DNA from: a virus
IMG/VR virus record: IMGVR_UViG_3300029319_000017
Span: 23,893 to 87,892 of that record
DNA: 64,000 nt
Strand: one strand, 5' to 3'
Shown piece after piece: positions 37,380 through 47,002 of this stretch; the first letter of the stretch is position 1, and each line of letters opens with the position of its first letter. The notes below the pieces were generated by a model. That model was not told where the DNA came from, did not search any database, and saw only the letters and a program-made list of their open reading frames with translations. A program made the translations under genes and the position numbers.

Positions 37380-38798
37380 TTAAGAAATTGCACCACCAAC
37401 AGTAGATAGTAATACCCACTTTCTAGTAGCATCTGCATACATAAATGTAGCAGTATCTCCTGCGTCCGCGCACGTAACGCTTGTACCTCCTGTATATGTT
37501 CCTGGGGTTATTACTAAATCTCCCCCATCAACAATAAATACAAAAGTTTTTATTTGTCCTGGTGTTCCATCTGCTAATGTAACAGTAAACGATCCTGACG
37601 TTGTATCACAAAGAGTTACTGCAGTGTTTACACTTGCAGCACCTGCGCTTGTTACAGTATCAAAACTATTTAATGTTAAAAATCCTGCACTACCACTACC
37701 AATACTTACATTTTGATTTGTGTCAATTGATATTGCATTAGTTGCTGTTCCTCCAGAATTATTTGTTTTTAAATAAATATTTCCAGCTGCTCCTGATGCT
37801 GCATCTCCTGCAGTTAAAGTTATATCACCTCCAGTTCCTGATCCTGATCCGTCTCCAGCTCCAATACTAATATCTCCTCCATTTCCATTTCCACCTCCAC
37901 AGTCTGCACCATCAATTACAAAGTCCATCCCATTTACACCACTACTAGAATTAGCTATATCAATTGTACCGCCTTTACCATAGTTATTTGTATTACCCAT
38001 ACTAATACCTACTGTAGAATTACCTACTAAGTTTACTTGTCCTAAAGTACTAGGTAAAGTTGGAGTACTATCACCAATAAATACTCTACCATTTGCATCT
38101 ACGTGAACACCTTCTGATGATCCATCCCCACTTAAAAAACTATTTCCTGCAGCATCATCTAAATTAATATTATGAGTATTACAATCTAAAACTGCACTTA
38201 AACTATTTGTAGAAGCTACTTCTAAGTTTATATTACCTGGTGTAGTAGCTGCATCTACAGTTATTGTTCCACCTGTACTTGTAATTGCACCTACACTAGG
38301 ATATCCGTTAGTAGTATTACCAACTAATATATTACCATTTGCAGTTAAAGCTGCTTCTGAAATTGTGTTAGCTGCACTACCATATAATACAGATCCTGTT
38401 GTTATACCTGATATACCAGTACCTCCTCTTAATACAGATAAAGTTCCTGTTACTGTACCATCTAAAGATACAGAAGATAAAAATCCAGATGTTGTATTAT
38501 CACAATTATTAAGATCTATTCCTGACTCAACCAATGTCAAAACTAAATTATTGCTTGAAGTTGTAACAGTTAATTTTGTATCATCAGCAGATTTAAGACC
38601 TTTTAAATTTATTTGATTACTGTTTGTAACACTTACATATAATCCTTCACTTCCTGTTCCTAAAGTTGATAAAGAAGGAAATAAAGATTGAGCTTGTAAT
38701 TTTTTAGCTTTTTTTGTGCTGCTATTTGCTACTAATAAAAAATCTGTTGATGCTACAGATGCTTTTGATAAAGTGGTTAATGATGTTATTTCTGCCAT
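37380..38798 (-). CDS. Tail fibre protein
   Basis: G/S/T-rich; VTGTLSVLRGGTG motif; repeated GGDI.I.AGD units. Confidence 0.75.
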   Translation of the reverse strand: MAEITSLTTLSKASVASTDFLLVANSSTKKAKKLQAQSLFPSLSTLGTGSEGLYVSVTNSNQINLKGLKSADDTKLTVTTSSNNLVLTLVESGIDLNNCDNTTSGFLSSVSLDGTVTGTLSVLRGGTGISGITTGSVLYGSAANTISEAALTANGNILVGNTTNGYPSVGAITSTGGTITVDAATTPGNINLEVASTNSLSAVLDCNTHNINLDDAAGNSFLSGDGSSEGVHVDANGRVFIGDSTPTLPSTLGQVNLVGNSTVGISMGNTNNYGKGGTIDIANSSSGVNGMDFVIDGADCGGGNGNGGDISIGAGDGSGSGTGGDITLTAGDAASGAAGNIYLKTNNSGGTATNAISIDTNQNVSIGSGSAGFLTLNSFDTVTSAGAASVNTAVTLCDTTSGSFTVTLADGTPGQIKTFVFIVDGGDLVITPGTYTGGTSVTCADAGDTATFMYADATRKWVLLSTVGGAIS

Positions 38799-38813
38799 GT
38801 TTTTTTTATTTTA

Positions 38814-41800
38814 TTAAATGCTATCGTCTGTTGTTATATCATCTCCGTCTACTTCTATATTAATTCCCCCAACTTGAATGCCATTATCTACTATATTATA
38901 AGTATATGGCTCTATTGGTTCTACATTACTTCCGATAACTGTATTATTATTACCTACTATGTATGAGCAAGGATTACATGATTTACAGTATTCACTTGCA
39001 AATTTATAAAATTTATCTAAATAATTTGTTGTTTCTGTTATAATTTTTGGATCTACACATATATCCCAATTTCTAGCCCCATTTCCATAAGGGTTTCCAC
39101 ATTGTGTTCCACAATCATTATTTGCTATATGAAATGTACCTGGAGAAACATCTCCTAACCAAGGTAATGTTACATTGTATTTAACATATGTATTAGGACC
39201 ATAAGATCCATTTCCTTGTCCTGTTGTAGGATCAACTGTAAATTCTATACTACCTCCTTCTTTCCAAATATCTTCACATGTTTTCTTTTCAGGATAATCT
39301 GGTGTTCCTGAGTCTGCACAATTGTGTATACAATCTAATCCGTTTTTGTCTGTTAAATATTTTATAAAAGACATAATTGCTAAATTTCTATCTTCACAAT
39401 TATCTTTTGATCCACCTAATAATCTTGTATACCAATTACCTACACCATTATACATACAATCTGTTATGTATTTTTGTTTTTGCACTCTATTTCTAGGCAA
39501 ACATTCTGGTTGATCTAATTCAAATTCACATACACCTTGATCTGTAGCACTGCCTGTACTTAATATAAACCAGTTATTTTCATCAGGCATAACAGTGCTA
39601 TCTTGTATTAAATTATAAACAATATTTTTACTTCCAGATCCGTAACCTGTATAATTATTAGCATAAATATTAAAACATCCAACATTAGCATGATGCTGTG
39701 ATACTCCTGATACATTTACTAATGGAGGAGTAGTATTAACATTTTCACCTGTATCTTGACTTGGACTGTTATAATCTATACTTCCTACTTGTCTTACTTC
39801 ATAGTTATAACATATTTTACCCCCTTCTTGTGGAATAGCTAATTCTAAAATATAATTACCATATCCAATATTTTCATTTACAGTGTCTAAAGGTTGAGAT
39901 AAACTAACCCATAAACCTGGAGGACTTAATGTATTTGGATTTAATCCTCCATTACTATCCCATGTACCAAAAGATGTATTATTATAGTTTTGAGCATCTA
40001 ACCCTGTAACCTTTGTTTCTGCTATTGGAGTTAAATCCATTGTTTCTGATATAGGAAAAGTATATTGATCTGGACTATATCCTTGAACTGTACCTCCTCC
40101 AGAAGGTTTTTTATATATTTTTAAAACTACGCCAGGAGGTAAATAAGTTGCATAACCTCCAGTTGACATAGTTGTTATACTCCAAGTTATTATAGGTTCA
40201 CCTGTAGCAAATAAATTAAATGTACCTGCTTGAATTTCATTTTCTATATCAGTAGATATTCCATTAAATTCTATCCCTATACCTAATCCACTTATAGTAA
40301 ATGTAGGACAAAACACACAATTATCATTATCAGGTATTGTTGTAAGTGGATTATAGTTTAATGCTTTAGGCATAGTACATCCTAATATTCCATACACACA
40401 TTGTCCATTATCTACATTAGCATCAGGATTATAATTAGCTGCTGTCATATCTGTGCAACCATATACTGCTGCTATACAAGATCCATCATCCCACTCTGCA
40501 TCACAATTATAATTAGAAGCAGTTTGATCTGTACACCCGCCCATAGCTGCAGTTTCTTGCATTATTAACATTCTTGCTGTACCAGAAACTTGTTGATTAC
40601 AGTTAGTTTCTCTTATATGTGTTTCTCCTCTTTGTGTACATTTAGTTTGAGTATTTTCTACCATTACTTCTACATAGTCTCCCTCAGAAGCTAAATGTGG
40701 ACCAAATCCTTGTTTTCTTTCTCCTCCTATTATCCAATTAATTACATCATAAGGACCTCTAGTTATACTTAAACTTTTTACACAAGCTTGGTTAGTATCA
40801 TTAATAATTATATCAATAGGTTCTTCAATGCAATCATATTGACATAAACTTTGTTTGCCATATGTTGCTTTAGCATCAAAATTACTAGCATTACGATCTG
40901 TACATCCTGCATATCCTACATAAAATCTATGTATGCTTTTACAATCAGTTACATTAGGAACATTTTCTACATAAGCTTCTAATGCCCACCATCCAACAGC
41001 TGCTTCTCTAATTAATGTAAATGTTTTGTCTACTGTAACTGTAGCTGTTGGAGTTATTGCAAGAATTTCTGCATTTGTTTTGCTATTTGCATTTTCTGTG
41101 TTTCCTAAAGAATATACTCTAATTTTATACGCTTCATCAGAATCAGATGAGATATGATCAAATAAAGGTGGAAATATTTTACCTCTAAAATTAATAAGAC
41201 CATTACCACTTATTGTTTGAGCATGCTCTACACTTGATCCATCGTTAGATACAAAGTCTACACCAACAGGTCTATTAGAACCACTATCATCATCGCCATA
41301 TGTTAATCCATTATATGCATTTCCATATTGATCATTTGCTCGACAGAAAAAACATACACTATCACCAGTTGTTGATTCTGTAGAATCATAATTAGCTGCA
41401 CCAGAATCTGTACAAGCTGTTTTAGCTGATTCGTTATTTTTTGTTTTAAGTCTTATAAAAGTATTTTGAGTACAACTATTAGAATCTGATACTGTTATTT
41501 GATAAGGCTGCCAATATTGATCTAAACGTTTTAATCCAGTAAACGTATGAGTTGTGCTTGATACAGATCCAGATGAAACTTGTGTAACTATTCCATCATC
41601 GTCATGTTTTAATAATAAATAAGTATAATTTGCCGCACCTCCAGTTACTGTTACTTTAATTGCGCCAGTATTGTTAGACGCTCCATAATTATCAGGACTT
41701 ACATCTTCTACTACCATACTAAATCCATCACAATCAGAATTACAACAATGGCCATCTACAAATCTTTTATTTTTGTAATCTCCTATAGATGTTCCTTCAC

Positions 41801-42707
41801 AATCATTTCCTGACGCTAAGAAAAAAGATGGGTTACGTGCATCTAAACATACTTGATGCTCAGGCGCATCATCTGCTATAAAATATAAATTAGATGCGTA
41901 TACAAAACTATATGTAAATGGTGCTGTATTTACACTATCTAACAATTGTTGGTTTGTACCTATGTTTTCATTAGTAGTAAGTAAATTTATAAAATGTATT
42001 TCTTGTTCTTCTCTACCAGAATATAAATGTCCTACACCACGATTAGATATTCCATTATCTACATCGTTATTTGTTGATGTAACACCTTGTTCTACAAATA
42101 TCTCATTTAAATATGATGAGTTTGTATAATGTGCAAAAGGTAAATTTAATTTATATACACCTGAATAGTTATAAACATCATATGGATCTTTTTTAGGAAA
42201 TACAGCTCCTAAAATACTATTACTAGATCTTTTATTTGCAGAAAAATCTAACGACAACATATTTTCATATGGTGACGTTGTAATCATTGATGTTATGTTT
42301 TCTATTTGATCATTTAATTTAGAAGATATACCTGGTACTTTTAAAACAATTGTTTTTCTAAAACCAGATTGAAATGATAAAGTTAAAGTTTTATCAGATG
42401 CTGTTTTCTTTGTCCAATTTTTATATGTAATAGTTATGTGTCTCCACTTATACTCAAAATCTATTTTACGATTATAATCATGATCTATAATATTAACTAC
42501 TGGTTCAAACTCATAACTATCATGTGATTTAATATCAATTTTTAATTGATTATTAGATTGTAAGTATGCAACACCTTGTACAAGTTTAGGAGACGTAGGT
42601 GAAAATACATTTAGAGGAGTTGATCCGTTACCAAATACAGTTTTACCGTCATAGTTAGAAAACCTGTCGTCAAAAGTTGAGTAATAATTAGTTGATTCGT
42701 TTGCCAT
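38814..42707 (-). CDS. Large Cys-rich structural protein (tail hub/fibre-associated) with GCTDxxAxNY repeats
   Basis: Repeats ACTDSGAANYD, GCTDRNASNFD, GCTDQTASNYN, GCTDMTAANYN, GCTMPKALNYN; SprB-like GAIKVTVTGG...YTY. Confidence 0.65.
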   Translation of the reverse strand: MANESTNYYSTFDDRFSNYDGKTVFGNGSTPLNVFSPTSPKLVQGVAYLQSNNQLKIDIKSHDSYEFEPVVNIIDHDYNRKIDFEYKWRHITITYKNWTKKTASDKTLTLSFQSGFRKTIVLKVPGISSKLNDQIENITSMITTSPYENMLSLDFSANKRSSNSILGAVFPKKDPYDVYNYSGVYKLNLPFAHYTNSSYLNEIFVEQGVTSTNNDVDNGISNRGVGHLYSGREEQEIHFINLLTTNENIGTNQQLLDSVNTAPFTYSFVYASNLYFIADDAPEHQVCLDARNPSFFLASGNDCEGTSIGDYKNKRFVDGHCCNSDCDGFSMVVEDVSPDNYGASNNTGAIKVTVTGGAANYTYLLLKHDDDGIVTQVSSGSVSSTTHTFTGLKRLDQYWQPYQITVSDSNSCTQNTFIRLKTKNNESAKTACTDSGAANYDSTESTTGDSVCFFCRANDQYGNAYNGLTYGDDDSGSNRPVGVDFVSNDGSSVEHAQTISGNGLINFRGKIFPPLFDHISSDSDEAYKIRVYSLGNTENANSKTNAEILAITPTATVTVDKTFTLIREAAVGWWALEAYVENVPNVTDCKSIHRFYVGYAGCTDRNASNFDAKATYGKQSLCQYDCIEEPIDIIINDTNQACVKSLSITRGPYDVINWIIGGERKQGFGPHLASEGDYVEVMVENTQTKCTQRGETHIRETNCNQQVSGTARMLIMQETAAMGGCTDQTASNYNCDAEWDDGSCIAAVYGCTDMTAANYNPDANVDNGQCVYGILGCTMPKALNYNPLTTIPDNDNCVFCPTFTISGLGIGIEFNGISTDIENEIQAGTFNLFATGEPIITWSITTMSTGGYATYLPPGVVLKIYKKPSGGGTVQGYSPDQYTFPISETMDLTPIAETKVTGLDAQNYNNTSFGTWDSNGGLNPNTLSPPGLWVSLSQPLDTVNENIGYGNYILELAIPQEGGKICYNYEVRQVGSIDYNSPSQDTGENVNTTPPLVNVSGVSQHHANVGCFNIYANNYTGYGSGSKNIVYNLIQDSTVMPDENNWFILSTGSATDQGVCEFELDQPECLPRNRVQKQKYITDCMYNGVGNWYTRLLGGSKDNCEDRNLAIMSFIKYLTDKNGLDCIHNCADSGTPDYPEKKTCEDIWKEGGSIEFTVDPTTGQGNGSYGPNTYVKYNVTLPWLGDVSPGTFHIANNDCGTQCGNPYGNGARNWDICVDPKIITETTNYLDKFYKFASEYCKSCNPCSYIVGNNNTVIGSNVEPIEPYTYNIVDNGIQVGGINIEVDGDDITTDDSI

Positions 42708-42709
42708 AG

Positions 42710-43234
42710 TTAACAGTTACATCCGCAAAAAGATATGCATTGATTTTTTGCTGAATTGTAAGCGTCTATAGCTTTTTGTATAACACCAGAAGCTATACTT
42801 GCATCTGATGGAATATTAGCTAACATTGTATTTACAGACTGTATTAACAAAAATAATCTTTGAGCTTCCGCTAAAGTTTTATCACATTGTGGTTCTCCAC
42901 AGTTACAATTTGTTAATTCTAAAGTTTTATCTGCTAAACAACAATCTAAAAAACAAGAACTTAATGTTCCTGCATTTGTAATGTTACCTTCAAAATCCGT
43001 AATAGATGCTGTTATAACACCTGGATCATCTCCAATTACTTCTGGAATACTGTATACAAAATTTTGTGGAATAGGAGTTGTTCCGTCTGCAGAAAATATA
43101 ATACTTATTTCATATGTAGCTATTTCTACACCGTTGTTAGATATAACTAAAGTTGCAGGTCCTGGTTGACTACCACTATATTGTCCTTGTAAAAATCTAC
43201 AATCGTCTGTTGTAGACATGCTTAAATTCACCAT
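42710..43234 (-). CDS. Putative tail hub/structural protein, Cys-rich helical C-terminus
   Basis: CFLDCCL...CNCGEPQC...CISFCGCNC. Confidence 0.5.
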   Translation of the reverse strand: MVNLSMSTTDDCRFLQGQYSGSQPGPATLVISNNGVEIATYEISIIFSADGTTPIPQNFVYSIPEVIGDDPGVITASITDFEGNITNAGTLSSCFLDCCLADKTLELTNCNCGEPQCDKTLAEAQRLFLLIQSVNTMLANIPSDASIASGVIQKAIDAYNSAKNQCISFCGCNC

Positions 43235-43256
43235 ATTATTAAATGTGTGTTAGATA

Positions 43257-43286
43257 GATATAGGGGACCTAATGGCCCCCTTATCT
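43257..43286 (-). terminator. GC-rich hairpin after the capsid-auxiliary genes (possible terminator or stabilising stem)
   Basis: Minus strand agataagggggcc-atta-ggtcccctatatct; lacks a clean U-tract. Confidence 0.45.
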
Positions 43287-43301
43287 AATTGTATTAAGAG
43301 A

Positions 43302-43784
43302 TTATGATAAATCTCCTGTTAGTACGTATTCTACGTATAACGTCAATTTTCCTGTCTCAACAGCTTCGTCATCATTAGTAGTTAATAATAACTCAGAATT
43401 TGCAGTAATATGTGTATATGTTGCTGATCTCAAGTTTTTAACTTCAACCGCAGTATCATGTGCTGCATCAGCACCTAAAACTGGACTTTCTATTAAAGTT
43501 GCGTGAGCTCCTGCATCCCATACATTAGTAGCATCGCTAATTGCAATTGCTGCAACAAATGCACCAGTAGCACCTGTTATACCTAAAGATAATTGAGCTG
43601 AATCATCACCACCATCAGCAAATGTAGTTTCTACATAATAATATGCGTTGGTAATTAATGCACCTTCTGGAATGAAAACACTACCTGTTGTACATGAAGC
43701 AGAAGCATTGTTAGCTAGGTTTGTAACCGAAGCGTCCCATTGACCTACTGCAACATATTTGTTTAATAAAGGATTATTTGCCAT
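43302..43784 (-). CDS. Putative head decoration/head fibre protein
   Basis: IPEGALITNAYYYV...GKLTLYVEY jelly-roll-like pattern; follows the auxiliary capsid gene. Confidence 0.55.
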   Translation of the reverse strand: MANNPLLNKYVAVGQWDASVTNLANNASASCTTGSVFIPEGALITNAYYYVETTFADGGDDSAQLSLGITGATGAFVAAIAISDATNVWDAGAHATLIESPVLGADAAHDTAVEVKNLRSATYTHITANSELLLTTNDDEAVETGKLTLYVEYVLTGDLS

Positions 43785-43810
43785 TTTATTATATTTTTAA
43801 AAAGTTAATA

Positions 43811-44755
43811 TTATAAATTTACACTACCAAATCCAGCAGCATTCATATAAGGATTTAAAGCTCCTTCAAATGCTGATGTAATAGCTGCAGTTGCTTCGTC
43901 AATAGCAACGTAAATTTCCATTAAATTGTCCACACCTTTAATTTGTGGTGACGTGCTTCCATCTTTAGTAGCTACAATAGTATACAGATCATAATCACCT
44001 GCTGATGCTGCTGTAGTAGTTGGAGCTTTTGGAAAGTGCATTCTATTATAGTATCCGTAACCAGATCCCATTAATGACTCTTCCATTTTTTGTACATCGT
44101 ACCCATCTCCAGATCCTTTTACTAATGCTGTATTTACAGATTCTGTAAATGTACTTCCAGTAACTTCAGTAGAATCAATTGCTGTAACAAATTCAACTGC
44201 ACCTTCTTTCCATGTTGCACCACTGTTAGTAGTGTCTCCATTTTTAGATCCAGAAAAATCTACACTACCACCATTGTTAGTTACTGTAGTGCTTAACCAT
44301 TCTGGCCAGTTATTATCATTTTTTGCTGCAGTTGCAGCTGCTGTTATTGCAGTACATATGTCTGTATTAGAATCACCATTAGTTACACTAGTAGATAATA
44401 TAAAAAATTCTTGAGGCTGTTCTTCTCTTCGAATAAATTTTATATCTACAGTACCTGTTGATGTTGCTGCGTTAGCTACTGTTACTCTAATTTCTTTTGC
44501 AGTTTGAGCTTCATAGGATTTACCATCCCAAACCATAATATTTCTACCTGCAATCCAAGGGCTAACAATATTTTCAGCTGCTGTACCTTGTACAAATCTA
44601 ATTTCAGGAGCATCTGCAATTGTGTCTCCTGGAGCTAGTGATGTAATTTCACCATTAGCATCTTTTTTTTGTATGTCTATAGCACCTTCTGCTAATAAGC
44701 CATTTGTATAACTTACTGCTACTGGTGTTTCTGGACTAACTAATAATTGTCTCAT
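43811..44755 (-). CDS. Putative auxiliary capsid protein
   Basis: A/T/G-rich 314 aa; GSGDG..V..MEE...G; synteny downstream of MCP and ring genes. Confidence 0.55.
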   Translation of the reverse strand: MRQLLVSPETPVAVSYTNGLLAEGAIDIQKKDANGEITSLAPGDTIADAPEIRFVQGTAAENIVSPWIAGRNIMVWDGKSYEAQTAKEIRVTVANAATSTGTVDIKFIRREEQPQEFFILSTSVTNGDSNTDICTAITAAATAAKNDNNWPEWLSTTVTNNGGSVDFSGSKNGDTTNSGATWKEGAVEFVTAIDSTEVTGSTFTESVNTALVKGSGDGYDVQKMEESLMGSGYGYYNRMHFPKAPTTTAASAGDYDLYTIVATKDGSTSPQIKGVDNLMEIYVAIDEATAAITSAFEGALNPYMNAAGFGSVNL

Positions 44756-44787
44756 GTCTAATTATTTAAAAATTAATATTCAATTTA

Positions 44788-46029
44788 TTATTCCATTTTC
44801 TGCACTTCACTACTGTGAGTTGCATACCTTGGATCGGAAATAGCCTCCAAGATACTTGCCACTGCTAGTTTTACAATTTCCTCATGAGTGTGTTCTGGAA
44901 GATCACAACTACTATTAGTTGGTAAATTGACCACAGCAGGGCGTCTTATATATGTTAACCTAATCTTATCTACAATAAATAAATCATCGGTGTAAACATC
45001 TATGTTATTTCCTCTCATCACAGTTAGAGGGGAACTGTATTTTGTTTTGTTAAAAGGATCGTTTATCATTGAATGTATATCATCATGTTGAACCATTCTA
45101 CATGAATGCGATTCTCTTACATAAGAAGCCCAAGTATCACTTGTTGGAATTCTTTTTTGATTTAGTACATCATCCTTAAATAATAAAGGTGTTTGTACTG
45201 TTATAATATTATCAGCCTGTCTACCAGCTAAAAAAGTAACATTACCTAAAGATCCATCCCAATTTATCCAATCAAATGCTTCTTGATCTATTACAGCTAT
45301 AAAACTACCAGGATAAGATATTTGTGATCCGCCTATTGGCCAGTTTTCCCAAAATATATCTCCTAATGCCCAGTTATCTAAAATGTCTTGTATCAATCCT
45401 GATGATACATCTTCTCCATTTCCTGGCCCAGTATTTGGAAAAACATCTGGATCATTATCTATAGTAAACTGCAAAGATCCATCCATATTACCCCATGACC
45501 ATGCATTTTCTATTATGCTAGTAGCAGGAGCTCCTATTTCACTAAACATTTGTATTTGACTTAACCAAGATGTACTATTACCAGCTTGGTTTTGACCTAC
45601 AAAGTCATTTAAGTTAAATATAAAATAAAAAATAGAATCCTGATCTGTTAGATTAAATCCTATTGGTTCACATGTAGGCAATCTTTTAATTTCTGTATTA
45701 ATATTGATTAAATACATGTAGTCAGTGGGTAAAAATACTGTATCAGTAAATAAAGACCCACCTGGTTGAGCTGAACTTTTTAATTGTTCTTTAAATGATG
45801 CTTCAAGAACGACTTCTCTTACTAACGTTCTTAGATCATCTCTTCTTTTTTGTGACTCCTCAAAACCTTTTCTGTAAAAGTTATTTTGTTGGAATCTTGT
45901 TGTAACAAATTGTTGTATAGCTTTGTTCAACTCTCGATCTAATTCTGAAGTAAGTAATGAATCAGCAACTTGGGCATGGATTTTGTCCACGCCCTGTTGT
46001 ACTGATAAGTGCATTTCTTGTATATCCAT
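44788..46029 (-). CDS. Tail ring / head-tail adaptor protein
   Basis: GFEESQKRRDDLRTLV, LPTDYMY, LTYIRRP, CDLPEHTHEEIVKLAV: crAss-like ring protein pattern. Confidence 0.75.
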   Translation of the reverse strand: MDIQEMHLSVQQGVDKIHAQVADSLLTSELDRELNKAIQQFVTTRFQQNNFYRKGFEESQKRRDDLRTLVREVVLEASFKEQLKSSAQPGGSLFTDTVFLPTDYMYLININTEIKRLPTCEPIGFNLTDQDSIFYFIFNLNDFVGQNQAGNSTSWLSQIQMFSEIGAPATSIIENAWSWGNMDGSLQFTIDNDPDVFPNTGPGNGEDVSSGLIQDILDNWALGDIFWENWPIGGSQISYPGSFIAVIDQEAFDWINWDGSLGNVTFLAGRQADNIITVQTPLLFKDDVLNQKRIPTSDTWASYVRESHSCRMVQHDDIHSMINDPFNKTKYSSPLTVMRGNNIDVYTDDLFIVDKIRLTYIRRPAVVNLPTNSSCDLPEHTHEEIVKLAVASILEAISDPRYATHSSEVQKME

Positions 46030-46839
46030 CTATACTGCCAATTCTTTAAGTTTTGCTCTTAATATTGTTAATTTGCCAGAATTCTTTTTGTCTTTTAAAT
46101 GTAATATAGTAGAATCTAATGTATCTCCTAATATTTCATCTATAAATACAATCTGATTTCCAATTTTTCTTAATACTCCAGCTGAAACCATTTCTTCTAT
46201 TTCTGCTTTCATACTAAGGTTCTTATCCTTTGCAATTTTCATAAACTTCTTTGGTTGTTTTTCTTTTATGTCATATAACATATTTTCAACCTGTTCTCTT
46301 GTCATTGTATCAGGATTAACGTTTCCAATTAATCTTAATACCCAGATCATTGCTTTTGGATCAGAAGAAAGTTTTATAAATTCTTTGTCTGCGTCTTTTT
46401 TTACTTGGACTTGAACATTTTTCTTTACATCCTCTTTACTTAAATCTTGAATGTAAAATCTTTTCTTGTAATCTTTATCCATTTCTTCCTTACTTAAGGC
46501 TACATGTGGATGTTTTAATGCAAAATGATATTTTATAAAATCCATTATTTGTATTGGATTACCTTTATCATCTGTACCGATTTCAAGTTCAACTCCTGTA
46601 AAACCCACAGGGATTGTTAAGTCTGCCCAAAACTTTTTTGCATGTTTTGGCCATTCGTGATTACCTGGGTCTACATCTAGTATACCTGCTAGGTAAATTT
46701 TTTCATCTTCGTAACTAAATCCTTTAAGTGGTTGTCTATTTACAAAAACACTGCTCAGTTTCATTACTGCCTCAGCTCGCAGCTCTTCAGGGAGAAAACT
46801 ATCCGCGTCTTGTCTCCTGATAAAAATTTTTTTACTCAT
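46030..46839 (-). CDS. Conserved crAss-like capsid-module protein (portal-vertex auxiliary candidate)
   Basis: Directly downstream of MCP; KKFW.D..I, MDFIKY.FALKHPHVA.S.EE, RFYI.D. Confidence 0.6.
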   Translation of the reverse strand: MSKKIFIRRQDADSFLPEELRAEAVMKLSSVFVNRQPLKGFSYEDEKIYLAGILDVDPGNHEWPKHAKKFWADLTIPVGFTGVELEIGTDDKGNPIQIMDFIKYHFALKHPHVALSKEEMDKDYKKRFYIQDLSKEDVKKNVQVQVKKDADKEFIKLSSDPKAMIWVLRLIGNVNPDTMTREQVENMLYDIKEKQPKKFMKIAKDKNLSMKAEIEEMVSAGVLRKIGNQIVFIDEILGDTLDSTILHLKDKKNSGKLTILRAKLKELAV

Positions 46840-46911
46840 ATTTCCAGTTCTTTTTTAATTATTATTAATAGAGAGAAAGAATAATCCCTCCATGTGAAAG
46901 CTTTTAGCGGC

Positions 46912-47001
46912 TGTAGGGAATTAACCCTACAACCTAACTAAAAACCAATTTATATAGACTTCACGATGCAACGTGAAATAACACAAGTATCCTCGTGTTA
47001 T
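46912..47001 (-). promoter_or_regulatory. Three tandem hairpins in the 3' UTR of the major capsid gene
   Basis: Minus strand: ataacacgag-gata-cttgtgttat; ttcacg-ttgcat-cgtgaa; tgtaggg-ttaatt-ccctaca. Confidence 0.55.
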
Positions 47002-47002
47002 A

